DNA of 64,000 nucleotides from Azolla caroliniana (lineage: Eukaryota; Plantae; Polypodiophyta), in assembly GCA_043228905.1 (NCBI GenBank), contig JBHGNT010000015.1, forward strand, positions 16,926,001 to 16,990,000, written 5' to 3'. The position numbers were made by a program, and so were the translations under genes. Under the pieces are notes generated by a model. That model ran no database searches, was not told the origin of the DNA, and was given only the letters and a program-made list of their open reading frames with translations. Below, piece by piece: positions 62,101-64,000 of this stretch (its first letter is position 1; every line of letters starts with the position of its first letter).

Positions 62101-64000
62101 TCATCTTGGATTTGCCACTGAGTAGTCTACGCTTTACTCCGGGTAGTGACCGTTTGAACATCGGCCATGATACTGTTCATCGCGGGTGCCTTGCCACGGT
62201 TGGTTGTTGGACATTGCGTGGCGTAGTGGCTTGGTTGGTTACATTTAAAACATGTAACGTTGGCCGAGCTGCTGGTGTCTGCTCGGTCTGTGTGTGGAAG
62301 TTGCTGTTGTTGATTCTCAGTCTCGTTTGGTGGTGGGTTGTTCTGAGGTGCGTTGGAGTTGCGCTGGTCATTTTGAGGAGCGTCCCGTTGGCGGTTGTCG
62401 TTAGGTCTTCTTTTGTTGCGTGTGTTGCGGTTGCCGTTTCGCCGATCAATGCGTGAGTTCCGTCGGTCATATCGGTCATCGCGATCGTCATCATATCGAG
62501 CATAATCGTCGTGCCGGTCATCACGATAATGATCACGGCGGTCATCACGTCGGTAGTCGTCGTCTCGGCGCCGTCGATCCGGGGATCGCGGTCGGTCGTT
62601 ATCCTGGTCTCGGTAGACATATCGCTCGTCCTGTTGAGAGTATGTATTTCGTGGCTCAATCTGGCGGACCGGTGCCGCCGTTGTGCGGTTCAACATATTA
62701 TATTCGCACTGCTCGACCGTGTGAGCTCGAGACTGACAGATCGGACACTGTGGTCGGTGGGGACATTCGAGGGCCAGGTGCCCTGATCCTGAACACGCCA
62801 TGCATTGGAGAGCTTGGTGAAAGCGATTGTCCTCTTGGGGAAGAGCATTTTGTAAGGATGTCATCGAGAAGGCTGCACCGTGCTGGGTCCGATCGAGGGC
62901 AAGAACCCGCGCTATGACTTGTTCGATAGTATGGTTGGCGAAATTTGTAAGTGCGAGAGTCGTTTGGAGAGGCTCTCGTAAATTGGATAGGAAAGTGTCC
63001 GGTATATGTTGTGCCGAGACATCATCGGCCACTTGTCTGTAGAGATCCTGGAACCGGATCGTGAACTGCGCGACCGTTTCGTGCGGTTCCTGGCATATAG
63101 AGAAGAATTGCCGGAGCAGTTCCCGTTTAGGCACCTCGCGATGAAAAAGTTCAAGGAACTTTGTGCGCACGATTTGGAAAGTGGTGGCCTCTCCTATTTC
63201 GAGGCGAGAGTACCATGGTGCGGCCGGTCCATCGAGGGAGAGTGTGAACTCGGCAATCTTTGAGGCATCGATTTCGGCCGGTGTGAGGCGGTGCGTTGAG
63301 TGGTTGGCCTACCACGTGGATATGAAGGCACAGATGTGTGACTCCGCGTCTGGTCCGTCGGTGTATCGTGGGTATGGGTACGGCATGATGTTGTACTCTG
63401 GGTCTTCTGGTAGCACCGGAAAAGGGTTTAGTTCTGGTTGATTGACCTCCGGAGGGCTCGACGGGGGTTTTGGTGGTGAATCAGTTACTCGCGATCGAGT
63501 GTCCGGTGGCGAGGATTGCACTGGGGAAGCCTCCGATTGCTCGGGAAAGGATTGGTCAGTGACCGCCGAGTCGGAAGTTCCTTCGACTGGCTCAGGGCGT
63601 CGGGCGGGTGGCCGAAACCTCGTGGTGCGAGAGGGCGCCGTAACGGCGGCTGGTGGTTACCTTCAATGAAGTTCGCTGTGCATTGACAGCTGTAACCGGG
63701 CATGCCAAATTGTGTTACCCGTTCCTTTGGGTGAACACCTTCGATAGATCCGCGGCTATCGGTATTCAAGGGTGTGGTACGTGAAGGCTCGTAACAGAGG
63801 CGTCATGAGAGAGACAATGCTCAGAGATAAAACACTAGCGAGATCTTGATAGGCGTGGGCAGCGCTGAAATCATAGGTATGAATCAAAGCACAGACACAT
63901 GGAGCAAACTGGGCACAAATTAGATATATTACTGCGACAGAAAAAGGATTACAGAACATGGCCTACGGCCGGTGACCTTACAAGATTATCTAGTTACGAG

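Larger units (their letters stand above)
55140..64000 (-). mobile_element. Ty3/Gypsy element without chromodomain (Athila/Tat-side lineage): gag-PR-RT-RH-INT plus an extra 3' ORF; 3' end truncated, 5' LTR not seen in the window
   Basis: Gag with three CX2CX4HX4C knuckles (62127-63170). Protease IIDGGSGVN. RT WLSPIVVVPKK..CVDYRKLN..LDGFSGYNQ..FLDDF. RH DAS..EKNY..ELE..DH. INT H..GH..C..CQ, SDQG, PQANGLAE, WTGPF. Confidence 0.93.

Overview
Eukaryotic plant nuclear DNA. The PLS-PPR relic, the TE families and the TE-inflated introns suggest a seed-free vascular plant such as a fern, but this is an inference. There are two host genes, arranged tail-to-tail. The first is a 17-exon G-patch/SURP gene orthologous to TOUGH (TGH/GPATCH1; CDS 5996-28990, +, 952 aa by my exon assembly). 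The second is a single-exon UDP-glucose 6-dehydrogenase (31323-32771, -) with a ~2-kb 5'UTR intron. Most of the rest is nested transposons: three Ty1/Copia families, a chromodomain-less Ty3/Gypsy element with an extra ORF after pol, a decayed L1-clade LINE, a hAT-type MITE, and four copies of an RTE/RTEX-like LINE family. The most notable signal is that LINE family. All four copies end in the same 3' motif plus a TTTC tail that runs into (TC)n, three resolvable 5' junctions also abut (TC)n, and the ORF2 tail carries a canonical PCNA-binding PIP box (QRTITTFF). Also notable: a Copia family whose LTR carries a variable-number, CCGG-rich 54-bp array, including a solo LTR inside a solo LTR, and a four-level TE nest in TGH intron 2. 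All family assignments come from motif recognition; no database search was run.
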